Below are positions 50,416-62,480 of a DNA stretch of 64,000 nucleotides, piece by piece. The stretch's first letter is position 1, and the number at the start of each line of letters is the position of its first letter. This DNA comes from Podarcis bocagei (Eukaryota): the NCBI GenBank assembly GCA_964188305.1, contig OZ076888.1. One strand, written 5' to 3'. Position numbers and translations under genes: made by a program. The notes below the pieces were generated by a model. The model saw only the letters and a list, made by a program, of their open reading frames with translations, had not been told where the DNA came from and did not search any database.

Positions 50416-51498
50416 TGCTTCAAGCGATGACTTCCTTCCTTATATTGATAATCTGTGCATTAATAATCTACGCAGATCGGGTCCTCCCTAAAGAGGGCAT
50501 GTATTGCGCTGAGACCTGGAAACCGACTCCCTGTGTTGTGGGGGGTATGATTGGTCAGACACAACACCCAGTTGGTAGGTCCCTTGTAACTGGGTGCAAT
50601 CTGGCCAATGGGACACAGTCCAAACACTTCGAGGAACCTATTTATATCCATGCACGTGACCCAGAGCATTCTCTTTCGGCACGTGCATTCGGAACACCTG
50701 CCCTCCTCTCCCTACTTTTAGGGTTTTGCGCTTGACCTTGCTATGCCGTTGTGTGTCGTCTGACGTTGGGACAGGGGCACACTGTGGCGAAGCATGGGGG
50801 GTGCGGGGGGGCTGGCCGCACCGGGCGCAACATCGGGGGCGGCGCACTCACACTCGCAGCTCTCTGCCCTACCTGGCTCACTCTCTCTCTCTCACTGCAG
50901 TGCTGGCTGTGCAAATCCGATCCGAGCAGCCGGGTCGCCGCCCACTGTGGAGGGGGGTTGCGGTGCGGGGGCGCAAATTACTTGCCTTGCCCCGGATGCT
51001 GACAACCCATGCTACGCCGCTGGGGGCACAGCAGGAATTTTCCCCACTTGGCTGATTGGCTGTTGCCATTTGGGTTTTGCCTGCTGCGTAGCAAATCATC
51101 ACAACTTGTAAGGTTGCGGATAGGCTCTGGTTCAGGTGATAGGGATGGGAGAACGCTCTCGCCATCCCTACGTGAAGGGTATTCCGTTAAAGGAATCCAG
51201 GGACTCGATGGTTTGGTCAACCCCTGAGAAGGGGTTCTGCCCGTGCCTGAGTCCAGGGGGACATTTGGGTGGCGGAGATAGCCTGTTCCCGGCTTTCTAC
51301 TTATCCAGGTGTTCACCCTTGGCTGACCTATGCTGGAACCCTGGGTCAGCGCTACCTGCATGGCAGGGAGCTAGTCGAACCAGAGCCTATGCAACCAATC
51401 ACTTTCTGTAACCAATAAAGTTGTGGCCTAAATTCTGCCAAAAACCAAAACTAAAATTTGAGTCAACTTTAGGGGGGAGGTTTCTGGGCCTGAACACA
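50416..51498 (+). mobile_element. Solo LTR-like element (~0.83 kb without the nested hAT), antisense to MYPN
   Basis: TG...CA ends flanked by the direct repeat (CA)CAAT (50410-50415, 51497-51502; both 4- and 6-bp TSD readings fit). ATTGG 50550, CCAAT 50605, TATTTATA 50639, AATAAA 51414; CpG-rich. Confidence 0.7.
50782..51022 (-). mobile_element. GC-rich hAT element, copy B, nested in the LTR
   Basis: Perfect 8-bp TSD GGGGCACA (50774-50781, 51023-51030); reverse complement of copy A with an internal deletion. Confidence 0.9.
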
Positions 51499-53126
51499 CA
51501 ATTAAAAAAAAGTGTACACTCACACCATCAAGTGTGAAAATAATACATGTTTATTAAAGGGATTTGGAATGCATGGCATGCAGCAGCTGAGGGCTACAAA
51601 CAGACTCCCATTTACTCTGTAACTAGTGTACTCCCACAGCTGGTTTGGGAAGCGTTAGCCACAATCCATATGTATCCTGTATCTAGACTGTAATTTCTTA
51701 TGAAATACTGTGTTTTGCTATGTTTCCCTCCCAATCAGCTGTAATCCAAACTGTGCAAAAGAAGAAAACCACTGCATTTTAAGCCAGTAATGTGTACACA
51801 GTCTACAGCTCATGTCATTTTTACATGTGATGTTCATATTTTAAGATCAGATGGGAGACAACATTACCCATTTATGAGAGAAGACACTAATTTGCTTTCC
51901 CCATCCCATGTGCAGAATAGCTTAGTTCTAGACAGACAAACTTTCAGGAACAAATCTGTAAACCTATGACAGAAACATAGGGCAGGAAGGAACTTATGAT
52001 CTAGTATTTCTATATTCCTACCCAGCAGGATCCGTATATCCAAATGTTTTAATATATTTAATACCAATTCCTGTAGGTTGGCATAGTAGCAATGCCACAA
52101 TCAGGCTGGGTTGCAATGACCAGGGTTGTACTCATTCATAATTTCAGTAGATTGTTGTATTATGGTAATACCATTCACAATAAATTAATAGTTCTTGTTA
52201 TGGACAGAATTCTATACATTTGTTTTGGGTTTATCCTTGTGTGTTATTTCTCATAAGCCATGAAATCTTGATGGATGCACATGAATGATGAATCAGAGAT
52301 GATGTATTCATCATTTTGATAGCTTGTATTACTCTATATACATCCACCTTTGAAATAATGCAGTCAGCATTGCCATCAGTCATATTGGTGCAATGCTGCT
52401 GGACAGGAAAATCTCCTTCTGTAATAATCAAAACAATGTGACTAGATACTCATGGTTATAAAGTGACATTTAAAAAGTAAAGAAAGGGGGGGGGGGACAT
52501 AACTCTAAGTGCTACAGACAGGCTGCTTCCATTACTTGAAACAAGGAAACACAGTACAAAAGGACAGTGATTTTGATTAACTTTGCACACCTAATTTATA
52601 GGTAGAGGTGCATATTTAGAAATCATTGCTATAACTTAAGTATTAATGCAATGCAACTCACCATAGTGAGGAAGACTGTGACCAAGCGACTGGTGTGCCT
52701 GATCAGTCTCCTGTTCAGGGGCTCACCGCTGGTGAGTATAGTCATGGTCCTTGCTCTCTCTTCTTATGCTTATCATTAAACTGTTCTTGGCATGGACAGC
52801 CCTTTGAACAGAGCATTGCCCTCTGCAAAGTAGGACACATGACCATCTTATGAAAATGGTGTTCGGCCACAATCTGCCAGGTTGAACTGCTGCCTAGCAA
52901 AAATTGCTGCACCATTGTGACATGTGGTATTGTATACCACCAGAGGATGTCATAAACATGTGAAGTTGCTTTCTACTTAGTCTGACCATTGGTCCATCTA
53001 GCCCTGGAAAGACTTTTTCCAACAGGTAGTGGCTCCCTAGTATCTCAGGCAGAGGTCTTTCCCAGTCCTGAAAGATCCTGTCCTGCCAAAGAGATTGTAT
53101 CTGGGATGTTATATGTGCCAAGCATA

Positions 53127-53504
53127 CCGTATTTTTCGCCCCATAGAGCGCACCAGCCCATACGGCGCACCTAGTTTTTTGGGGGGGGGAATAAAGAAAA
53201 AAAAATTATTTCCCCCCCCCCCAGGCGCAGGGCTGGGGCGGGGGAAGCCCGAGCTTCCCCCGACCCCAGCCCCCAGAACAGGCAGCTCTGCGCAACCCTT
53301 GGGAGACCGGCACGAAGTCGCGCCGGTCTTCCAAGGGTTGTGCAGAGCTTCCTGAAGCCTGGAGAGCGAGAGGGGTCAGTGCGCACCGACCCCTCTCACT
53401 CTCCAAGCTTCAGCGAAAGCCTGCATTCGCCCCATAGGACACACACACATTTCCCCTTCATTTTTGGAGGGGGAAAAGTGCGTCCTATAGGGCGAAAAAT
53501 ACGG
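53127..53504. mobile_element. Tc1/mariner-type MITE (378 bp) inserted into a SINE
   Basis: TIR CCGTATTTTTCGCCCyATAG at both ends, TA TSD; the left flank is a reverse-oriented SINE. Confidence 0.9.
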
Positions 53505-53593
53505 TATATTCTGTTCTCTCCCCATTCCTGACTGATGTCTTTCCTCAGAAATCCACATCAATAAAAGCACTGTAAGTGTGCTTAATACTGAGC

Positions 53594-53668
53594 AGTCCCT
53601 CCTTACCTTCCAATTCATTTATGGGTCTGGATTAGACCCATAAATGAATTGGAAGGTAAGGAGGGACT
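53594..53668. repeat. Perfect inverted repeat: 35-bp arms, 5-nt spacer
   Basis: AGTCCCTCCTTACCTTCCAATTCATTTATGGGTCT-ggatt-AGACCCATAAATGAATTGGAAGGTAAGGAGGGACT. Confidence 0.97.
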
Positions 53669-53703
53669 TGGAGGTAATTGGAAGGTAAGGAGCGAAGGTA
53701 AGG

Positions 53704-53930
53704 TGGTTTTGACCTATAAAATCCTACATAGATTGGGACTGGAGTACCTGAAGGTACCTCTTCCTATATGTAGCCACCCATGCCTTAAGATCAACAGCTT
53801 CCTTCATTCTGAAATATGGAGGCTGTCCTGAGGGAGAGGGCCTTTTTGGCAGTGCCCCCCTGGTTGTGGAAAACTCCGTAAGGAGGCTCACCTGGCACCC
53901 ACATAAATGATCTTTTGGTACCAAGCAAAG
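53704..53930 (+). mobile_element. L2-like LINE 3' fragment
   Basis: Translates as VLTYKILHRLGLEYLK, typical of the L2/CR1-clade ORF2 C-terminal motif (LTYKALHGLGPxYL), followed by gagggcctttt..gtg..cccc..ttgtggaa. Confidence 0.7.
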
Positions 53931-55794
53931 TTTTTTCTTAATTGTCCCAGCTGGGCCTTTTAATATCTTATAAGCAACATTTCAATATAATTTCATCATC
54001 ATTGTTTAATATTTTCTCTAATGTTTGATCGTGGTGGCTTAGCTTTTAACTTTTCAAGGTTCATTTAGTACTTCTGAAGTGTAAAAGCAGCTATGTTTAG
54101 CAATGTTTTGTTTTTTTATACCGATTTCAGTTTTTGTGTATATTTGTATCATTGTTCTGTTTTCAGGTTATTGTTTTTTAATTTACTGTATGCTGCCTCT
54201 TCCATTAACCAGCAGCAGTTTCCCACTATTTCTGGCAGAGATATTTTTCTGCTTGCATGCTAAGTTCTTTTAACTGGCAATAGCAAGGATTGCTATTGGT
54301 TTTGTGCATACAAAGAACTTTCTCTACCTCTGAGCTATGGTCCATCTGTTCCCCAATTTAGTGCTGACAAATTCTAGCAGAACTCAATAAAACAAAAATA
54401 AACTGAAGAAGGATGCTGTATCTTGGAAGAGAATGTGGCTGTGATCCTAAACATACTTATTAGGAAGTAAATCCCATTAGATGTCATTCAACTAAATTTT
54501 ACTCACAGTAGACCCATTTAAATTAATTAACATGACTGAGTTAGTGCCATTAATTCCAATGAGTTTCCTCTAAGTAAAAGAATACTACCCATTTAATTCT
54601 GTGGGGCTTATTTCTAAGTAAGCATTCTTAGGATCAGGCTGTGAATGTGGTTAGGAACCTTAAATGCAGATGATCTGAATTCTCAAACAAAGCATGGTTA
54701 GAGTGTGCTTCTCTCAGGTATTCATGTGCATTTGCCAGAGAGTGCTCTCATAGAAAATGCATGACACATAGCCTGTTTATAGGGCTTCAAATCCTTTTGA
54801 CATGGGTCAGGCTAGCTGTGTATGCCAAGCCAAAGTAAAATTAACCTAACAGAGGTGAGCTAAGTAGTTTGGAAAAAATGCAGGCACCTCTGAGTAGAGA
54901 TGGCAAATATGGGTCACTTACAACCAATGGAGGAAATGTCTAAGATCGTAAGACTGGCCTTACTAGGTTACACTCATGGTCCATCTAGCACTGTATTCTG
55001 CCTTGGTGGGCCAGCTCTGACGTAGTATATGGCATTCATGGGAAGCTTCCTGGAATGTTTCCTGTGGAAAATGCTTCGGGGAATATCATTCATCTCACTT
55101 GCTGAGAGCCAGTTACTGTGATCTGAGACTAGATCCCAAGCTAAAGAGTTCCAGTCCATAGGACTGGCAGATTCTAGGAATTATCGGTCTCGGTGAAACA
55201 TTTCCACATTTAATATTGTAGTGAATGTCCAAAAGTTAGCAAATGTTGGTAAATGATATGCATGTATGAATGCTGACAATGACAAATGAATTTTGTGAAT
55301 GCCACCCTGAATATACACCAACATTTCAGACATACAGAAGTGAATGCTGACATGTAGTTCACTGCCAACTTTGATTGGTGTCTCTCTCTTTAAAAGGTGA
55401 ATTTTGGACAGTCCCTGCAACATATACAGCAATGGGGAATCAAAGAGCCAATCCTGTGGCTGCTATAGGGTAACAGAGGGAAATAGAGTAGTAATAGAAT
55501 ATTCACTTGCTGTTCACTCCTGATGCTGTTAAGAATTTAGGGACTGAATCTACAGGAATACAATCTGATTACATTGAATAATGGCCACTGATAATTACAT
55601 CTGTCATTATTTTGTGTGCATTTTCTGAAACCTATATCACAATATCCATACCATATAGTGACATCATGTTCCCAAATCCACTGATTCCAAAACACATTCT
55701 AGTAAGTCCAATTCAATTTGGCGTGCATCCACTTACTACAAGGTACGAGAGATTGAATTGTCCCTCACCAACCCTTACATTTATGAAAGGATTT

Positions 55795-55925
55795 AGAACC
55801 ATAGAATGGTAGAGTTGGAAGGGACACGGAGGGTCATCTAATCCAACCCCCTGCAATGCAGGAATATCAACTGAAGCATCCATGACAGATGGCCATCTCA
55901 CCACTGCTTAAAAACCTCCTACGAA
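55795..55925 (-). mobile_element. CR1 LINE 3' end
   Basis: TAGAACCATAGAATGGTAGAGTTGGAAGGGAC...GGTCATCTAATCCAACCCCCTGC. Confidence 0.8.
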
Positions 55926-57784
55926 GCAGACCGATATAAAACTTTATGCAAATTGAATTCTTGCATGCCCATCACTTGATGACTGCTACATCAGGGAGTG
56001 ACTTGCATATGTGAAACGACCACCACAGATCCAGCACCTTAGAGCAAGCATTAGTATCCTTAGACAATCATGAAGTTAAACACTATGGGTGCAATTCAAC
56101 ACCCAGCCACTGCGTAATAGGGCCACAGTCACATCTACAGCCCTCTTGAGCATGCTGACAAAGATGGAAGATGGTGGGCAGGCAGATCACTGTGCCAGCC
56201 TGGAGCAGAGCCCTCCCTGCCTCTAGAATGCCCCATTTCAAGGCTTTTTGTTGCTGCTGGTTGGGACTCTGCCAGGGAAATAGGGACACTAGCAGAGCTG
56301 AGTGGAAGGGCACCTCTGCTCAATCAACCCCCCCCCCCAATGCAAAGGGGAATTGGATTGGGCCCTAACCTTTTCAATGGGAAAAATTCCCCCATTCATC
56401 TATGCATCACTGAGCAATGTGCTAGAAAGGGGTGCCCATGAATATGTGAATCAGCCCTGATACAGTTTAAATGCCTGCTCCTGAAAATATCTTAGTGCTC
56501 CTCATCATATTATTATATTTAAATAGCACTTCAGGAAGAGGAGCAAGAATCACTCCTTGAAGAGCTGTTCTGGAGGATGGGGGGATCCTCTGGATCAGTG
56601 TGGGATATGGCAAAGGTGGGGTTGCCGGGAGAAAAAAGGGATCAGCAAAAAAAGTCTTCTTCCTGTGGATGTTGCTATTGAATCAGAATCCCTCCTGCAA
56701 ATGGAAGGAGCCCACAGCAGGATGGCCATGTGTCCAACTTTACAGAAGACAGTCCTTTATTTGAAGGGCTATAGAAGAACAGTCCCCTGTCTGCAGGTGA
56801 CTTCTCTCTAAAGGACTGACCAATCAAAGCCTGGTTTAAAGATAAAGAACCACCAGAATGAATGGAGAAGCCTTGAACTTGAACTAGCACCTGGACCAGT
56901 TTCCCTGATCACAGTCTTCCCCACTATGGTGACATGCATTTTATTTCTATTTAAGTTATAGCAATTGTTTCTAGTTTTGCAGCAATAAGCGAATCTGGCT
57001 ATTATTTTTTTGCTGATGCATTTCTTCTTTTTAGATAGTTTGTAAACGGCCCACCTTAGTGCACAGTATGACATGTCTGGATCCAAATACACAGCTTTTT
57101 TTCCATGAACAGAAGCATTTTGCCATCTTTGCCTTGTGCAAATATATTTTATTTGTTTGGAATGGGAAAGAGTCTTATGACTCAGATGACTCAGCCTTTC
57201 AAGTCTCTTTCCTTAAACTAATCTTTCCAAGCAATTATTGGTGTTTTATTTTTAAAGGGGCCTTGAACAGCTAAATGGGAAACTATTACACAAGGAACTT
57301 TTCACGCTTCGCCTGGTAGCAGCACAATTACTTATACTGTAGCAAAAAACAACAAAGGACTTGATCACACATTGCATAATGGAAACAATGTATGGACAAT
57401 TGCTGTATCTGAGAAACTAACTAAGAGAGTACACACCCTGAATGACATATCTGACACAGACAACTTTGTTGAAATATGGTACCCCTTTATAAAATATTCA
57501 AATGAACACCCTGATGACTGGCATCCACCAACTATGCACATAGACTTATGGGGGGGGATTGATGCAGTAGTTTTCTGTTTTGGGGTCTGGGAGTGGGAAG
57601 GAAGGAAATTAATCCTTTTGATTATGTTTATGTTTATATATTTTTTCTTGAAAATCAGTCATTGGAACAGCACCAACACACACACGGGCGTAAACAGGCA
57701 AATAGGAAGGAAATTCCTTGTCTCTTGAGTGATCTTAAATGTCTACCGTGGAGACAGGTGCGCTGCTACTCCCATGTGTGCCTA

Positions 57785-57976
57785 TAGGAATATAGGAAGC
57801 TGCCTTGAGTCAGACTATTGGTTCATCTAGCTCAGTATTCTCTTAAGTGTCAGGCAGTGCCTCTCCAGGATTTCAGACAGGGTCTCTCCCAGCCTTACCT
57901 AGATGTGCCAGGGATTGAACATGGGGCCATCTGCATTCAAAGCAGATGCTGTACCGATGAGTCATAGCCCTTCTCC
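57785..57976 (-). mobile_element. tRNA-head squamate SINE, near full length
   Basis: Reverse complement of the 40774-40965 family (ATAGGAAGCTGCCTT ... GGGATTGAAC ... GCTGTACCGATGAG). Confidence 0.75.
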
Positions 57977-58808
57977 TTGCAATGGAAAGAACTGCATATG
58001 CAGTCCCTTCCCCAAGGAAATGCAAATGTAGTATATGCATGCCTGCAGCTCCATTGACTCAGTTCAATTTCAGCTATGTACTTCCCATGTGTGCAGCTGT
58101 GATTTTCTTTCCATCTTTGTGAGGGTGACATCCACCCCTACTATGTAGGGAGGCAAATACCAGATAGTAACATTTTGGTATTTATTAAATATATGACCAA
58201 AACTTCATTTACTATTGAATAAATGCCTTGACACTTACACAGAGCAGGCTTCAAGGGGTCTGCATCTCTGGGCAGTTTTTAAGTGCCAGCTTCAGAACTT
58301 CCTGTCCTTGCTCCTTCCCTTCCTCCTTGCCATGAGGAGGAGGCGGCGCTGCTGCTGCCCCAGCCCTGAAGCCTCAGCCCAAGCATGGCTTGCCTCCCTG
58401 CAGCTCCTGCCTCAATGAAGGAGCATGTCATGAGGCTGCCTTGTTGCGCCTCCTCATAAATTTGCACCCAGGGCCCCCCTGGCCCCCCACACTACATCAC
58501 TGCATGCTTGGTCATGCAGACTGGGCCCAGTGGAAAAGACAAGTGCATGGGCAGCTAGGGAGGAAGGCCCACTGAAGGCATTTTCATCAAAAGCTGCCCA
58601 AAACCTGTGACTGGCATCAATCTTATGCCAGTCACAAGTGACCTTTCCAAGGTCAGAGACAGAATAATTACCGGAGCGTTGTAAAAGAGAAATGTATGGA
58701 TTTTAGAATACAATCTAAGGAAACATTGAGAAAACATTTAACTACTATACAGTAATCCACCCTCTGTGTACGCAAGCTATTACAGAAATAAGACAGGGAC
58801 ATGTTTAC

Positions 58809-59683
58809 CTGATTTCAGGTGTTGGAATTCCTACCACAATGCAGTCCAACTGCACTTTGGTTCCTTCAGGGACCTCCCTGCTCTTCAGCTTTTGAGTAAA
58901 ATGTGGTGGTTGGCCTATTGTCTCCTCAGAATAAAAAGATGCAGCTGGTGACTCTGTTGTTAACCCTGAACTTTCTAGCTGATTAACAGCTTCCAAGTCT
59001 GCCTGTGGAGGGTTATCTGGGTTTTCAAGTGAGTGCTCAGCTACAGCTAAATCTTGCGGTACTGGGTCACAAGGCCTTTCTCTGTTTTCAGAGAGATTTG
59101 AGAAAGCAGAACCACTGTCCTGAGCAGCCTTATTTTTAGATTCAAGTTTGCTCCTGTAGTTTTTGCATGTTCGGGGCCTGATTCTTTTTGAATTGTGTGC
59201 TTTGAAAAGAGAAGAAAGCTCCTCAATGAAATCTGCAGCCTTGTTGAGGAATTCCTTTTTCGACTCTGTCTCGGAACCAAATTGCTGTTTCCTTAGGCTG
59301 CTGTCTGAAGTTGGTGAAGCTGCCTTAGATGGGAACTGCTGTTTGTTTGAAACTGTATTTCCAGAGTTTTTCAACTCAGAGGGATAGAACACATGTATCT
59401 GTTCGTCCTGCTTGTTCTCAAGTGGATCTTGATTGATGGCTTGCCTTGCCAAGTTCACACTTTCATCCAGCTCTTCTTGGCTCAAAAAGGCTGAAAGATC
59501 AGGAAGGTCCTCTTGGCTAGCCACCTCGTCTGAAGGACCCGAACTACTGCCACGGTGGAAAGAATGTGGAGATGGCTCTGATCTGCTTCTTTCACTATTC
59601 CCTTGGCGGTTGTTTTCAGCTAAATAGCTCTCTCTCAGTAGTTGAGTTATCGAAGTAGAAGATTCTGAAGTATTGTCTTGCAT
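58809..59683 (-). CDS. MYPN: Myopalladin exon 2 (first coding exon; N-terminus to start of Ig1)
   Basis: ttaacag|C ATG start; MQDNTSESSTSITQLLRESYLAE..., DLPDLSAFLSQEELDESVNLAR, KEFLNKAADFIEELSSLF, PPHFTQKLKSREVPEGTKVQLDCIVVGIPTPEIR; donor gtaaac. Confidence 0.97.
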
Positions 59684-61173
59684 GCTGTTAACAAAGAGTA
59701 CAAATAGGACCATAACCTCATAAATAGCAAGTCTGTAGCCGGTATTGAATTAAAAAGGAAAATGAGGATGTGTCTACTCTATTACCCAGGGACATAGCAA
59801 GTCTTGAACCCCATCTGATGTCCAATTTCTGTATCCTTGTGAGCCTCTCTATTCTCCAAATGGTAGGGCAGAGGCTGAAGGTGCATTTTGCAGCAAAAAC
59901 TGCCCCCCCCAATTCCATTTAAAAAAATTGGTGCCATGAACTTACTAAACTGCCTTATATTCATGAATCCTTCAAGCCTACTGTAATAGGTGTCTGTGCT
60001 TTTAGACAGAGGTCTTTCTAAGCCCTGCAACCTGAGATCCTTTAAACTGGAGATACCAGGGATTGAGTGCTATTAACCCACCATAATCAAGAAATTCCTT
60101 CCACTGAGCTGAGGTCCACCTTAGCAGGAAGTGAATGAAGAGTGCATGCACTCAGACAATTCATACAAATGTATGCATTTTACATGTTGCATGCATATAA
60201 ATACCCAATCAAAATGCAATGCAAATTACAGTGTGAATTATTTATCCTTTTTTCAACATTAAAACTTTTTATCTGCCTTACAAGTCAAACTGTGGACAAA
60301 CTTCTTAATGTACCTTGATTAAAAATTAGGTGAGGCTGCCTGGAACCAGTTAAAAGTAACCCAGGGTCTGCTACTGGGTCATCCTCAATCTATATTAAAA
60401 CCTTTCCACTCGGAATCCTGTTTACATGAGATTGTTCTTTCAATGGTACTGGAGACCATGGTCTCCTGAAATTCTTATGTTTCCCTGAAAAGCATGCTGT
60501 TTCTTACCATTGCTTTTGGATTTTGAACTGTGGCTTGGGGTGGATAGTAGTATATATATTATGCATATATTTGAAAGAATGTATTCATGTGATACCTATA
60601 AAACCAAAACTGATGTTTAAAGGTTTTAGAAATTAGTTACATACATTTATTATTTGGGGGGGGGGATTATCTATCTATATAAGACCAAAAGGGCCAAATG
60701 TGACTTTGCAATCAACGTTCAGGGTTTTAAAAAGGCAAATAGCTTCAGTTGATGGGCATGGAGAGGAATTAACAGAATCAGAGCAGGTATTGTGAGATAA
60801 TTTAACCACTTCCTCCCTTGCTGCAGTCCTGAGGAAAATCCATCTTCTCAAGCTAGTGTTTGTATTGGGAGGAAATTCCTCCACTGGTGCCAAAAGGGAT
60901 TTCCTGCAAAACAAATAATGTCACTGGAAGAACTAATTTTCTCAGGGCCACAGCTGGGGAGGAAATTGTTGACTTCCTTTTCCATACCTTCCCTGAACCT
61001 ATTAATTGGCAGCCACACTCCCTTAGTTTATTCTGACTGCACTTTTTTAAAAACCACATGCTAAATGCAAAGATACATTTAACATCATGTATACATTTGG
61101 CCCTTTGAATTTTTGATTAAAGTCAGAGATGGGTTTGTGAAAGCAATCCATCTAATTCAGACGCAATGCCTCT

Positions 61174-61340
61174 CAACTGGCTGAAGGGTGTCAAAATGGC
61201 CAGTCTTGTCCCTGTGAAGCAGCAGCTGGTCTGCAGAAGACCCGGAGCTGCGTGAGAAATTTTGACCAGCTTTACTGTGCAGCTGATTTAAAGAGGAACT
61301 CTTGAGCCAACTGAGCAGTTCAGTCAAAAGCAGCCAGCTG
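61174..61340. promoter_or_regulatory. Myogenic E-box cluster, candidate MYPN muscle enhancer
   Basis: CAACTG 61174, CAGCTG 61223, CAGCTG 61280, CAACTG 61308 and CAGCTG 61335 within 167 bp. Confidence 0.45.
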
Positions 61341-62320
61341 GGGTCTTAGGAATAGAAGAATCACTGCTATGTTAAGTATACCATTAAAAGGGGGGAGGGG
61401 CTTAATGCAGCAAAAACACATGTGCTGCATGCTGCATGTGGAACTTACCAAAGTCCTACATTTGACACATGGATCATCAGAAATAAATTCCATAGGTCAG
61501 CTCCGGAACAAATTAAGTACGTAACCAGAGGTACCACTGTACTGCCTATCTCCAGGCAGCATTTGCAAGTCTGCTGGAACAACTCTAGCATTTCCTAATC
61601 CAGGGTCACACACCTAACAACCACATTCAGCAGCATCAGATCCTGACTCCTGTCCAGAAAGCAACCCACTAGCTATGCTCACATTTTAGCAAAGTTCTGT
61701 AATCTAAGTGTGTAATATCTCCGCCTTGGGGTGTTGCGGCGGCTGACAATTTGGATGAAAGGAAGAAACATTTTGGAACTGGGATATAAGAAAGCAGTGA
61801 CTGCTAGTGACTAAACTGACCTACACAACAACTAAGTATTAAGTATTACCTAAAAAGCAAAGAACAAAAATCTTGATGCAGCCAAAGCATTTTAACTTCC
61901 AATCAATTTCAGTGGGCAAAAGGTAACCATGTGGTTAAGTCCCCCAGTAAAATCTATAGGACTTTAAGTGTGGTTACCCTTTAGATGAATTGCACATGAA
62001 ATAAATTTATCTGGTCTTCTTCTGGGGTACATAAGAACATAAGAGCCTGCTAAATCAGGCCAATGGCTCACCTAGTCCAACATCCTGGCCTCACAGGGGC
62101 CAGCCAGATTCCTAAGGGGCACCTGCAAACAGGACATGAGCAAAACTGCATTTCTGGCCACCTGTGATTCCCAGCAAAACAACAACCCCCCCCCAGGCTC
62201 TTTCATGAATAACTATTAAGACTCTTGACCAATTAAATAATGTTGAGTTGATTAAGCATCTTCATTTCAGCTTGTGAATTGGCTAATTCAATGTACATGA
62301 ATCTGCATATTATAAAAACC

Positions 62321-62480
62321 CCAATATAGGAGCCTTTTTGAGAAAATGTAAGAAGCAAAATCTACAGTGCGACAAACAAAAGCTGCTATGGATATTTAGA
62401 AGCAAGGGCCATCCTGGACAGATTTTTTAAAAATTCCTGTTACAGTAACATACTATAACCAAAATAATCCTTAAAAATAG
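62321..62480. promoter_or_regulatory. Consensus CArG box plus MEF2 site upstream of MYPN exon 2
   Basis: CCAATATAGG (62321-62330) fits CC(A/T)6GG; TTAAAAATAG (62471-62480) fits YTA(A/T)4TAR. Confidence 0.45.

Noticed and set aside
50322-51411. Several 70-137-aa ORFs
   Set aside because: They lie inside the GC-rich LTR and hAT sequence and show no gag, pol, env or transposase motifs.
59684-59713. N-terminal extension MVLFVLFVNS in the ORF track
   Set aside because: This is the polypyrimidine tract and acceptor of exon 2; the conserved start is MQD at 59683.
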